Below, piece by piece: positions 24,562-35,600 of a stretch of DNA of 64,000 nucleotides. A program made the translations under genes and the position numbers. The stretch spans positions 49,331-113,330 of the forward strand of contig NMRA01000338.1 of the NCBI GenBank assembly GCA_002633005.1, in the 5' to 3' direction. Position 1 is the first letter of the stretch. Every line of letters starts with the position of its first letter. Source of the stretch: Phoronis australis (taxonomy: Eukaryota; Animalia; Phoronida). The notes below the pieces were generated by a model. It ran no database searches, was not told the DNA's origin, and saw only the letters and a list, made by a program, of their open reading frames with translations.

Positions 24562-26430
24562 TTAGGTGGCGTTGAGCACTTCCAGTTTCCTTGCGTCACG
24601 TGTCAGTAATTTAACGAGTTCGATGCATGTCGGCCGGTCTTCAGGGTCCGAACACAAGCATGACTTGGTCACATTGCTCAAAATGGACATTCCTAGACAC
24701 TTACCAATACTGTGCAAAATTCGTCCCAAACTGTACACATCACTGGCCGTTGTCGATTTTTGCCCGTAGACGATCTCCGGTGCTATTTGAGAGTATTTTT
24801 TCATGTATTTTTCGCGGTCAGGAGAAGCCACTCTGAAGGACATTCCATCTGCGTATGTAGTTGCAAATCCAAAGTCAATTAGACAAGGAGTAAGTTTCTT
24901 ACCACACCTTTTAATTAGAATGTTGTCGCATTTGAGATCATTGATGATAACGCCAGATAGGTGTATAGCGTGAAGGCATTTTGTAAGTGATATTGCAAGG
25001 TGAATCCATTTCTGTGCAATCCGTAAACAGCCTAAGCGCTTGCTGAATCTATTGCCTTCTTCTTCTTCTTCCATCAAAGTTATTATATCCGTCACGCCAT
25101 ATGAATGAGGGTCTCCAATAAATTCTGTAACAAGGCCCCATTCCATGTAAATCTTAGACTTTTCAAACGGGATCAATCCGTAAAATTTCGGGGTGGCATG
25201 TGTACTGTTAAGGAGCTGCAGGATTCTTGCTTCATTGATCACGTTTATCAGTTCCTCGTTTTCTTTCTTGATTGCTTTTATAGCCACAAGCTTGTTACTT
25301 TGCAGAACATGAGCCAGAAAGACCCGACCGTATCGACCACTGCCAAGAATCACAAAATTGTCATTTCTTACCAAGTATTCAAAGTTGCCCGGCTTGCAAA
25401 GACTAACTGTGGTTGGTAAACCCTTTTTGGGTTGCATTTTCATGACACGAGTTACGTGAGTACTTCTTTCAAATAATTTGCTAGACACTGGAGACACAAA
25501 TTTCGGCGGCAAATTTTCAAACCCGGGCGGCTGCTTCCCACACACCTGTTCTGTGAAAGCTGATGAATCGCCCTCTTCACCATGCTCACCATGATGTTGC
25601 TCGCCGTAGCTTAAGGGTGTCATCAATACTTCACACAGACCGAAGGAACAACTAGTACTCGATTCACTACCATCTGAATCAACAGGGCAAAGTTCGGCCA
25701 AGTACATCTCTTCTACATCGCGTGGCGTTACTTCTGATAACTTGCAAATGCTTTCCACTGTACTATCTTGTGTGAGCAAATTCGGCAGAGCATTTACTTT
25801 TGGTAGGTGGCAACCGGAATAACTCGGTAAGGGTTTGCAGATTTTAAGAGGTCGCGGAATACGAGACCTGGTGTTTTTCGCCGTTCTTAAGGAAAAAATC
25901 TGCTTGGAATGTTTAACCAATCTTGGTATGTTGGATCTCTTGCGGTTGTTTTGTGATACCTCTGGAAGTCTTTGTGGTTTGTCAGACGTTGTCGCCACCT
26001 TCCCTCTATGTTTGCTGCACACTTTAAGGTCTCTCTGATGTCGTCCACATGGTATACTTGGAAACATAGACTGGTTCAAAGCACCATCGGATACAGTTCC
26101 ACGTTTTACAGTGTAGTTAGGGACAATGTCAGAAGCGCACTCTGTACAATATTGCCTTGAGCGCCCAGAGAAATCACCGCCAGCTCCATGGCCATTGTCA
26201 AGTCTGTCGCTTTCGGTGCACTTACCTCCGTCTGCTTTTATTTCCGCCTGTGTATCATCTTTTGTTTGAACTGGTGTCTGTACGACAAGTGGATTGAAGC
26301 TTTTACACTTCTGTGATCTCTGAAAACGTCTGCGCATGATACCTCGTAAAAGTTCGCGAAGGAGTTTAAAACATGCGTCAATGAGTTTGTACAAATTCCA
26401 TGGAAGAGAGGAGGGTTTGAAATCATTCAT
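24562..26430 (-). CDS. Protein kinase (Ser/Thr-like, non-RD), 622 aa, single coding exon, long low-complexity N-terminus
   Basis: Intact 1869-nt ORF with GSGRYGRV, VAIK, alphaC Glu (NEARIL), INDLKCDN, DFG, IAPE, SDVYSLG and DPEDRP. Confidence 0.9.
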   Translation of the reverse strand: MNDFKPSSLPWNLYKLIDACFKLLRELLRGIMRRRFQRSQKCKSFNPLVVQTPVQTKDDTQAEIKADGGKCTESDRLDNGHGAGGDFSGRSRQYCTECASDIVPNYTVKRGTVSDGALNQSMFPSIPCGRHQRDLKVCSKHRGKVATTSDKPQRLPEVSQNNRKRSNIPRLVKHSKQIFSLRTAKNTRSRIPRPLKICKPLPSYSGCHLPKVNALPNLLTQDSTVESICKLSEVTPRDVEEMYLAELCPVDSDGSESSTSCSFGLCEVLMTPLSYGEQHHGEHGEEGDSSAFTEQVCGKQPPGFENLPPKFVSPVSSKLFERSTHVTRVMKMQPKKGLPTTVSLCKPGNFEYLVRNDNFVILGSGRYGRVFLAHVLQSNKLVAIKAIKKENEELINVINEARILQLLNSTHATPKFYGLIPFEKSKIYMEWGLVTEFIGDPHSYGVTDIITLMEEEEEGNRFSKRLGCLRIAQKWIHLAISLTKCLHAIHLSGVIINDLKCDNILIKRCGKKLTPCLIDFGFATTYADGMSFRVASPDREKYMKKYSQIAPEIVYGQKSTTASDVYSLGRILHSIGKCLGMSILSNVTKSCLCSDPEDRPTCIELVKLLTRDARKLEVLNAT

Positions 26431-26530
26431 CTAAAAGAAAAAATGAATGATGAATTAATGATCATTTCATGTCTTCTGTCAGCTTACTAGCGTATCCTAG
26501 CAAAATGGTGGCCGCTGAGGTGATTGGTCG
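26431..26530 (-). promoter_or_regulatory. Putative 57-nt 5'UTR intron (26431-26487) and proximal promoter of the kinase
   Basis: On the minus strand a GTAAGC donor lies at 26487 and ttttttcttttag directly abuts the ATG. A YY1-like CCATTTTG lies near 26505 and a CCAAT near 26525. Confidence 0.45.
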
Positions 26531-29339
26531 GTGGGGTCGGTACGTTGAATTATGGGAATGAATTTATAGATTGTGGACTAGAAATCATTGTTTCCGTTCC
26601 CAATACAAACACATAGAGGGTCTTTGTCAATGGACAGTGAGTCGAGCTATTGAGCCCATCTGATCGGTGTTAGGGAAAATGTTAACACTAAGAGCACCAA
26701 TTGCTACCAATCGGGTAGAGACACTTTTTCTGCACCGTCAGTTGGCGAATGGAAATTGCCTTTCGTGTTCGTCTAATTGTGGCACCGAATTTAAAGTGTA
26801 GCGAATGAAGCTCAGTTGTCGCGAGTTGGTTTGTAGATCCAATTTGTGAATGGGCTCAAACTAAGCTCAAAGACACAGGAATCGCGGATATACCACACTA
26901 ATTTGCAATTTTACGAACGGTGGCGAACAACTGTCTTGTGTAGGCCTAATTGTGTGGCTCCGTACGGCATGCCCAGAGGCGGATGAACCATGAGGCTGGC
27001 AGGGTTTAATTAGGATTAGAGGATGGGGTGCCCGGAAGACCTACATGTAGAATAGCTGTAGATTTTGTTTAAATGAGACATAAATTTAGGACCGCGTAAA
27101 AACTCATCAATGGCGTGCACTTAGTCCTAAGTTTTCAACAGGGAGTGTACATTGTATTGGCAAGGACTGCTGAAATGAGTGGCATTCTGTGGTACTTTGC
27201 AATAAATGGGGTAAACGTAAAACATGTCGTCGACCGTCGTGTAGGGTCAAACACTTCTCTTTCATGATTTTGTATCTCCTATTGTTTTCAACGATGGTGA
27301 TCAATCAGAAATACGTCTCTTAGCAGTTAGGACAGCAGCCCTGAATTTCGATTAGATTTGTGAGTCAGAGCTCTGATGCGATGACTACTCATTTGTCGGC
27401 TATTTTTTGCTCACTCGGCTGAGCACTTGATCCCGTAAAGTTTATATCTGTGCGAAGGTTTTCAATCCTGGTTCTGCCTGTGCTGTTAACTCTTGTTTAA
27501 GTGCGTCATTTAAGGGTATTCGATGCATTCAAGTATTACGGCTGAAGGTCGCACACGCGCAAATATGAAACACCTTCGAAAGATAATTTGAGGATACGAA
27601 AATTCTCGAGGTGTCCCAGATACCGTGGGGGTGAACGTAAAAGCTTACCAAACATTGAGAATATATTAATCGTGTTAAATAAAGGACGTCATTGTTCCTT
27701 AGTTTGAATTAAAATAGAAACGGATTTTGAAGCATTTAAACAATACTATTCCTACTGTTATTCTGCCTGTGTCTTAAAAATAAACCTTAACTGTTGCATA
27801 CGTTTTATTACCTTCTTCAGAACGTAAACCTCACCTTGCTCCATTGCTTCCAAAAGACTGCACGGATGTACGACAGCAAACGCATCATTTGTGACGTGTT
27901 TCTATTTGTTTGTAATGACGTGTGATATGGTGTTACGTCAGTGACAGTTGAAATTTTATAGTAAAATTTATCAAAAAGCGTTGTTATTTTTTGTTACATT
28001 ACATTGTTTGAATAGGTTTATGCAAAATGTTTGAATTCAATTGAAAAATTCATTATTATCCTCAAGCTTTCATCCGTTTTCCACGTGAATCAAATGTTCT
28101 GTACCTTGGATATTGATGGATGATAGGTGGCGATACTTGTTGAGAACGACACGCCTTGGTTGAAGATACACATGTGTTGGTCTGCCTAATACATGTCTAA
28201 ATTGTGTTGAACAAGCACCTTAAAGGTGTACTCCGCACACTGACACTGTTTCTTTGGAACATAACTCCAATGGTTCACAGCATGTGTCATTTGTGGCCTT
28301 TTTATGGCACGTATTTAGTGAACAGTTTATTTCTGCTTGGAGATGAGACATGGCCTGTCTTGAAATACCACCTTTATTTTTATAGTCTCTTGGTAGCTGA
28401 ATACATATTCTTTGGAAGTTTGACTCATGTAGCACAACGTCGAGTGCGCGCGCGTGTGAGTGCACGTATGAATGTGCTCGCCGGCGTGTGTTATGCCCAT
28501 TGATCGAGGTTCAATGGTTAAATATTATTTGGCGCCGTTTTAACAACGTTTCTGTGTACGTATGGTGACTTCTTCAGCTCGTTTTTCTCAGATAAGAAAG
28601 ATAAATACCGTGCCCTATTCAGAAAAGTAATGTATATCACCTTCTACAATAGTAACTTGTAACACTCCTCAGCTATACAGTTATATGACAGGAATCCCTA
28701 CGTGCCTTTGCACATCATGAAACCTTGAATCGATTCAGCCCCAGATGCAATCTCAATACACTATATCGACGAAACGAACATGTCTTAAGTACTGCAATTT
28801 TGTGCTTTGCCATATCTCTAACTCAGTTCTCCGAGATAATCTGTTGTTCGGTGAACTTCAACGTGTTTACGCTGTCAGAAGTCATCAGTAACTGCTGTAG
28901 TGAGAGGCTAGTAACGTTGTCTGTTGAGTAAAACTCTAACAATGTTTATTAACTGAGGTGTAACCAAGTCTTCAAAGAATACAACAAAGTTGAATTATCC
29001 AGGTTTATTGGGACCGCTCGCCAGTAGACGTTGTGGACTGCATTGGGTTCCAAATACATCTTGCGTTTGATGCATTACAAAGCAACCTAACTAATCTTCG
29101 AATGTGGCGCCGGGATCTAATCTCCAAATCATGCGCGCACCCAGGGGGCGAAGTGGGCAAAAAGATCTGCCTCAGAGAAATGAAAAATGACAACCGAAAA
29201 AAGGTAAAAAACGAGACAAAAGTCCAGTAAAAAGGCAGGAACTACCAAAATTCGGCGAGTGCACAATTCATAGCTCCCGATGAATAACAGGGGGCGCTCG
29301 ACCCACCATGTGGTGGAACATGTATAAAGGTCCGCCTCG

Positions 29340-29760
29340 GAAGACAAAAAATATACCGGAGGAGTTCATTGCGCTTCAGCGAATTACAGATGATCACATC
29401 GCTGATGAAATCCAGCGAATATTACCCAATGACTTGGAACTGGACAGAAGCAACATGAGACGAAAGACATACGACGGCGCTTCAAAAATGTCCGTAGCTC
29501 AGAACGGCATATAGGCTTTCATAAGAAGGAAAGCCCCGTTGGCATTTTGCACACACTGTTCATCACATTATTTGAATCTGACAATAGCACAGTCTAGTTC
29601 CATTACCAGCACATGCAGACATCCCTGAAAGCGGGAGGAAAACAAATCATCGATCTGTGTACAACACGCTGATCCGAATGACACACTGCGTATCAACAAC
29701 TTGCAGCTTCGTACATTGTCGTATACTACGCTCTGAAGTGTGTCGCCTTCGATCTGCTCG
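29340..29760 (+). mobile_element. hAT transposase remnant (ZMYM1/THAP12-like group)
   Basis: TYDGASKMS..QNGI*AFIRRKAPLAFCTHCSSHYLNL followed by a degenerate LCTTR motif; in-frame stops. Confidence 0.75.
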
Positions 29761-30152
29761 TTGTTGGTCAGGTGAAGACAAGGGTTTTTAAAAACCCGTG
29801 TTCTCGCCAGAGGAAATATTGATTTTCATGTTACCAAAAGAGAAATTCTTTTTGGTAATGTTTCCGACAAAAAAGGTAAATTAGTAATTTGTTTTATGCT
29901 AATACGCAAAAAATCGTTTATCAAGCAAGATTCAAAGCTGTGATGCCAAATAGTTTTGATGGCATTGGAATGTTGAAATATGAATTCAACTGTCAGAAAC
30001 TTCTGCTTTTGAAAAACGGTTTTACCGAAGAATACACTAAGCACTGGAGACAATTATCCCATGCCTTCTCTGGTGAGCATGCGTGACTGATTAAAGACAA
30101 CTTCCTGTGCATGTGCATATGACTTTGTGTATGAATGCTCTTTCTTCTCATA

Positions 30153-31658
30153 TATCACCTGTCCCAAAAAGTGATCCACTTTTTGACAAGTAATTTTTCA
30201 GCAACGGATCAACCACATTTGTTCAAATGTCTTACAAATGAATCTTAGGATATCATGAATATGCAAAAGATCAAAGTGATCGGTGTTTTCAAATTAAAAC
30301 ATCCGGTCAAAAAAAAATTTAAAGGGAAACTCGCTTATTTCAGTCTATGCTCAATGTGGTCTCCATGTTCCTCAACGACTAAACGGAGCCGTTTCTTCCA
30401 ACCAAAAATGCTTTAAAGTATTTCTTCCGGCGAGATTTCCTTCTATGAAATAAGTATCCTGCTCAGTCAATTTGCCTCTCATTCCCCGGTAAACATTGTC
30501 CATTGGATTGCAGTCAGGAGAGAGCGGAGGCCACTCATCCTTTTTGATGAATTTTGGTGTGGCCTCCTCCAGATGAGCTTGGGTTATCTTGCTCAGGTGT
30601 GAATGAGCCCCATCTTGTTGAAACACATAGGCCTAATTGTTTCCAGGATAACGTCGTCTGCAATCCGGGAGAAGATTTTCATCCATTAACTGCATGTTGC
30701 GTCAACTGTTAACTTTGGCTCTATCAGTGTCAACACAATGAATGTTTGTTATTCCTTCCCAAGATACTCCAGCGGAAACCCTTACTTTTTGAAAAATGTG
30801 GATGTCTCATGATAGAGTCGAGAAGGATGAATCTCTCGTTTTTGTTTCCTATAAAAACGATCATTTTGGCGATTTTTAGCGATTTCAAGCGTAAAGTCTT
30901 CTTCATCAGTGAAAATGATTCTTTTCACATCAGTGGCTGAACAGCGGTCATGCAAGTAGCGACATCGAGTTTTTTCTTTTTCTTCTAACATTTTGATCTC
31001 TCCGTGATACTCACATTCTTTTGGAGGATTTTAAATCCAGTTTTTTTAGCCATTCTTTGCACAGAGGCCTTGCTCACTTTTGTGACTTCTCTCAGAGATT
31101 TGCGATTCCCAGGTTTGTCCTGGTACTGAATCGCTTCCGCAACACGATCCTCGTTTTCTTTCGAACATACAGTCTTGGGTCTCCCACTGCCACTTTTACG
31201 CGCAACAGACCATGTGTAGCAATAAATCTATTTACAGTCGCACGACCCTTTTCCTGGGAACTCCCTTACAATTCTTCTTCCGCTCCACCCTTTTCTGCTC
31301 GAAACAAATTTCAATTGTAAGTTAAGTCACTTTCACTCAAAGGCGTCCTTACAAACCGGAATATTGGACAAAACTGATTTGGATACAGATCTGACAATAA
31401 AAAACAGTAGACTTGAGACCCAGGGAAGCGATTTTTTGATTGACAGATGCCAGCACACCAGAAACACGATGATATTGCACTTTTAACCCCGATGTTTGAA
31501 TTTCATAGTACTTCCATATTTTTTACATTTCTCTAAGATACTTTGTAGATTTGTTGATGACACCCTGAAGATACATTGTGAAATTTTTTAACGAATTCGA
31601 TTGGTCAATTGCTGAAAAATTACTTGTCAAAGTGGCTCACTTTTTGAGACACCCGATA
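30153..31658 (-). mobile_element. Tc1/mariner superfamily element, maT (DD37D) type, full length but frameshifted
   Basis: TIRs tatatcacctgtcccaaaaagtgatccact... / ...agtggctcactttttgagacacccgatata in TA context; IIFTDE...NRQNDRFY and FQQDGA...WPPLSPDCNPMD with 37 residues between the last two Asp. Confidence 0.88.
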
Positions 31659-31667
31659 TACGCGCTA

Positions 31668-32650
31668 GGTACCTAAACTATAAGGACTCCTAAACACGGT
31701 CACGGACGCATAAACACGACTCACCTGCAATCAGGGACGGATCCAGGGTATCGAGCTAGGGGGGAGCAGGGCAGAGTATTAGCCAGGATTTTGTCCGTCG
31801 AACATTCGCACCCTCGAACTGCCAAATGTAATCTAGGAGAATTTTAGGGGGGGAGGCATGGCCCCTTTGGCCCCCCTCTAAATCCGCCACTGGCAACCAC
31901 CGTTCACTGACTCACAGACACACGGAATCGGACTCACAAAACACGATTGATTCACCCAAAATACACGGTCACTGACTCACATTCACGAAGAAACACGGTT
32001 AACGGACCGCCAAACACGGTTCACTACTATAAAACACGCCAAAAACACGGTCACGAACTCATTGGCTTCCTGGATCAGCTTCGTACCCAAGCCTCAAGAT
32101 GGAGTTGATCGGTTTAGCGACCAGCGCTATCTTGAGGCTTGCGGACGAGCCTGCTTCCCAGCTGAGTAGCGCGAAATAGTGATTATTACTACGCAGAAAA
32201 GGAATTGATCAACCTTCATGTATTTGGCAATATCTTCGCTTAAAAAACTTGCTCTTAGTACAAAAGTGCAAGTTGAGTTAACTTTCACATAAGATAAATA
32301 TCTCAAGTCACGTTATAATCCATTTCGATGTTTTTTAATGCGCATCAACTTAATAGTAAACAGGCATAAACATCAGCATGACGAGCATCGACAACAACGA
32401 GGCGTTACCAGAGACCTTTACGCAATAATTCTATTGCACAGCTGTCGAAACCGTAAACCGTGTTTAGCGGTCCGTTAACCGTATTTCTTCGTGAATGTGA
32501 GTCCGTGTCCCGTGTATTTGGGTGAATAGATCGTGTTTTGTGAGTCATCCCGTGTTTGTGAGTCAGTGAACTGTGTTTGCAAGTACGTGAGTCGTGTTTA
32601 TGCGTCCGTGACCGTGCTTATGAGCCCGTTAACCGTGTAGTTTAAGTACC
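31668..32650. mobile_element. Foldback-type element with internally repetitive arms (AAACACGG/GACTCAC motifs)
   Basis: ggtacctaaacta / tagtttaagtacc ends. 31690-32025 mirrors 32453-32650, except for a MITE inserted in the left arm (31731-31892). Confidence 0.8.
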
Positions 32651-35600
32651 TTGATATCTTTGGTTTATTCAATAAATATTTTTGAAAAGTTATAACAAAA
32701 TTATTCAATGAAAATGAGACCTTCATTTTCCAAACGTAGCAATATGTAGGGGCCTATGCTGCACTTACAAAGCTAGCCGTCTTCGTTTCAGACGCCATGT
32801 TACATGTAGGCCTTCAGTACACATATAATTTCTGAATAAGTTGCTGTCAGAGGTCACTCTCGCTTGTGGTGTTTTTTAAATAAATAAAAGTATGAAACAA
32901 CGTACTCGTTTATGATTTCCAGATGCTTATAAAGACGTCGTCTTGGGTTTATTGCGCTCACGTTATAGGCATATGCGCCTGTGAAGAGACCGGCAATTTT
33001 ACTACAATTAATTTAGGTTCGGCAGTAAAACGTGTGCTCAGTTGGTTTCTTTAGTAGCCTACATCCGCATGTAATGCAATTTAAATATCAACGTGGGTTA
33101 TTAAAGTACCCCGAGAATTTTAGTAAAAGGTCCACATTCTCAAAAATCTGAGCACCCCCCCCCCCCCCNCCCCCCATTTTAGGCTGGGTGCGCGCATGGA
33201 ACTCAAACTCGACTCAGACTCCATAACTAGTCAGTTTACCAATTAAGGCAAGTGCAAATGTACTCGGAGAGTGTCAGTTTTCGAGTCTAGATGCGAAAAC
33301 TGAGCTTAATCTCCGGGCCCTGGTTTCTAAGAAATGAGTAGATAACAAAATAGGTCACAATCCCCAACGAACTTTTAGAAGAAGACAATTTATTCTGCAC
33401 CAAATCTTCACCAATTTTAGCGATGTGTGTTAGCGACGAAAGGTCGCTTGACACGTGAGGTAAGCCTGCTGTGCCTTGACTTTTTGGATGTGAGGGATGA
33501 CGTTACTGCCTGTAGTTTACACAGTGTTTGTCGGCCAACGCATATTCCTTTACATTCTTTCATGGTGCCCTTTTGTGACTAAAAAGAAAAACTTTTGCTA
33601 ACGGTGCAACTGGCGACGCATAGATAAATAGTTGCTTGCTTCGGCCACACTCTTACGCTCGACACTTTCACCGGTCTACAGGTGTCCTATCTCGCAAAAA
33701 AGTGACAGCTCCACCGCACCCCACACCATTCTAGGTCGTTTTGCCTTTTTACACTTATCTTCTTAGCAGGTCATAGCTCAGACAATGTCCAGTTTCGGAT
33801 TTAGTCAAATACAGATTAAATGGTGAATCGACGCTGGACACAGTAGTTTGCCACTTTGTATTTTTCATCTTCTTCGTTGTGTAAATGAAAATCTCGCCTG
33901 TTGTTAGTCCTCGGAAAATGATATTATAAGATGTTAAAACAACATCGAACGCCCACAGGGTTGTACTAGTTCCGACTTACTCCTACTTAGTGCGTCAAGC
34001 TACTTTGAACAGTCTTCCAATTGATGAAACTCAGTCTGTCGATCTAAATTGAGAAAGCGCAACTATTGATTCTGCCTCAGTCGGCTCTACTTCGCTGACC
34101 GATGATGTGGTGGCCCATTTCCTGCTGGTACGTGACTAATGTTGCATCTGCTGATAGTTTGGTCAGTTGTGTTCTGCAAACTGAATCACGCTTTTGTAAC
34201 TGTGCACTGTTCCACCACAGATGAGACTAGTGCGACTAGTTTCGACGACCGGCAGTAACCTAATGTTGCTGAACGATGTTGGTAAATCAATCCGTCTTCG
34301 GATATACGGGCTGCCTGTGATGAGCACTAGAGTTTTTAAAATTCTTCCAGATATGACATCACTGTAAATCTTCTCAGGCCATACCTAGAGCTGGGGATGC
34401 CCTTCCTTGGACGGATGTCGTAGTACTTGCCAAGGTTCAATGGGTCTTCACTAATGGCATCATGCACCATCCTAGCGAAGACGTGTCGCTTCAGTAGGCA
34501 GATAATAATGGATCTAAACTTCCCTACTTTGAATGTCATACGTGCCCGTTTGGTGAGGATACGCAACTCGAGCTTGATGAAAAATTAGACGAACGCAAGA
34601 TCTATTTGCAAATCGAATGCACATTTGGCATTAAAACAGCAGAGCAGAAATCTGTCCGTGATCGTTATGTTTTTCTAACAGGCAGAAGACTGGTGGTCTG
34701 GTAACCCGCTCAGGTGTTACTTTGCACATGCAAACAGATCGGTTTGAGCAAAGTTACATTCAAATTGTTAACAGATTTCTTTCAGTTTTGAAAAAAAACT
34801 GGTTACATTACTTAAGCGTTGACCAATGTATAAGAGTGTTTTAATGGCTGCTGATCACTGAGAAACTCCCATTTTGTGATAGAAAAACGAAGCGAAAACT
34901 TCTACCGGTGCGTTATCACCTTGTCACTAGCGAACGCAGGCTCATACCAAAGCAAATAGATACTTTAAATAGAAAACAAAGCGAACAGATACTTAAAATA
35001 GAAAAAGTGGAAATTTACTTATGATGTGTTGATCACGTGGCCTTTAAGTGGTAGCAGACTGGCCTGGTATCCCGCTCGTTTTCCCCGTCCTCTTGTTGTT
35101 CTACACACAAAAGTATACTTACAATGAGACCGTGGTGGCCATTTTGAAATGCAACATAGCTACAGTCACTTTTCGTAGTTGAAACATTTTTCACCAATTT
35201 CTTCTGCCACATCATGTATGATTTGATGTTCAATATATGACTTTATATGCCTAACAAAATGAAATACACCATGTCAAAATTGCGGAGGCAACATTTTTAA
35301 GTATCCAACGAGGCGGATGGCAATAGCAAGGGTACCTCGCTTAATTTTGAAATGTGCAACAAAATTGGCTATCGCCCTATTTCCATACTTTAATTAATAA
35401 TTTAACAATTTTGTCCGTAACCGCTTCACTAGTAAGTGGAATTAAATGATAAGCTATCAATGTTTTGTGAGTGGGCACTGTTCGCATCAGTGACAAATCT
35501 CAGAAAGGACAAATAAAATCCTTCAAAAAACAGGAGCTGGAGGAATGTCGATGGTGAATACAATATACTGACGCAATCCAACCTTGTAAATGATAACGAA

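Noticed and set aside
33760-34620. Coding-looking minus-strand stretch including ORF 34336..34566
   Set aside because: Interrupted by stops, with no recognisable motif or convincing splice structure.
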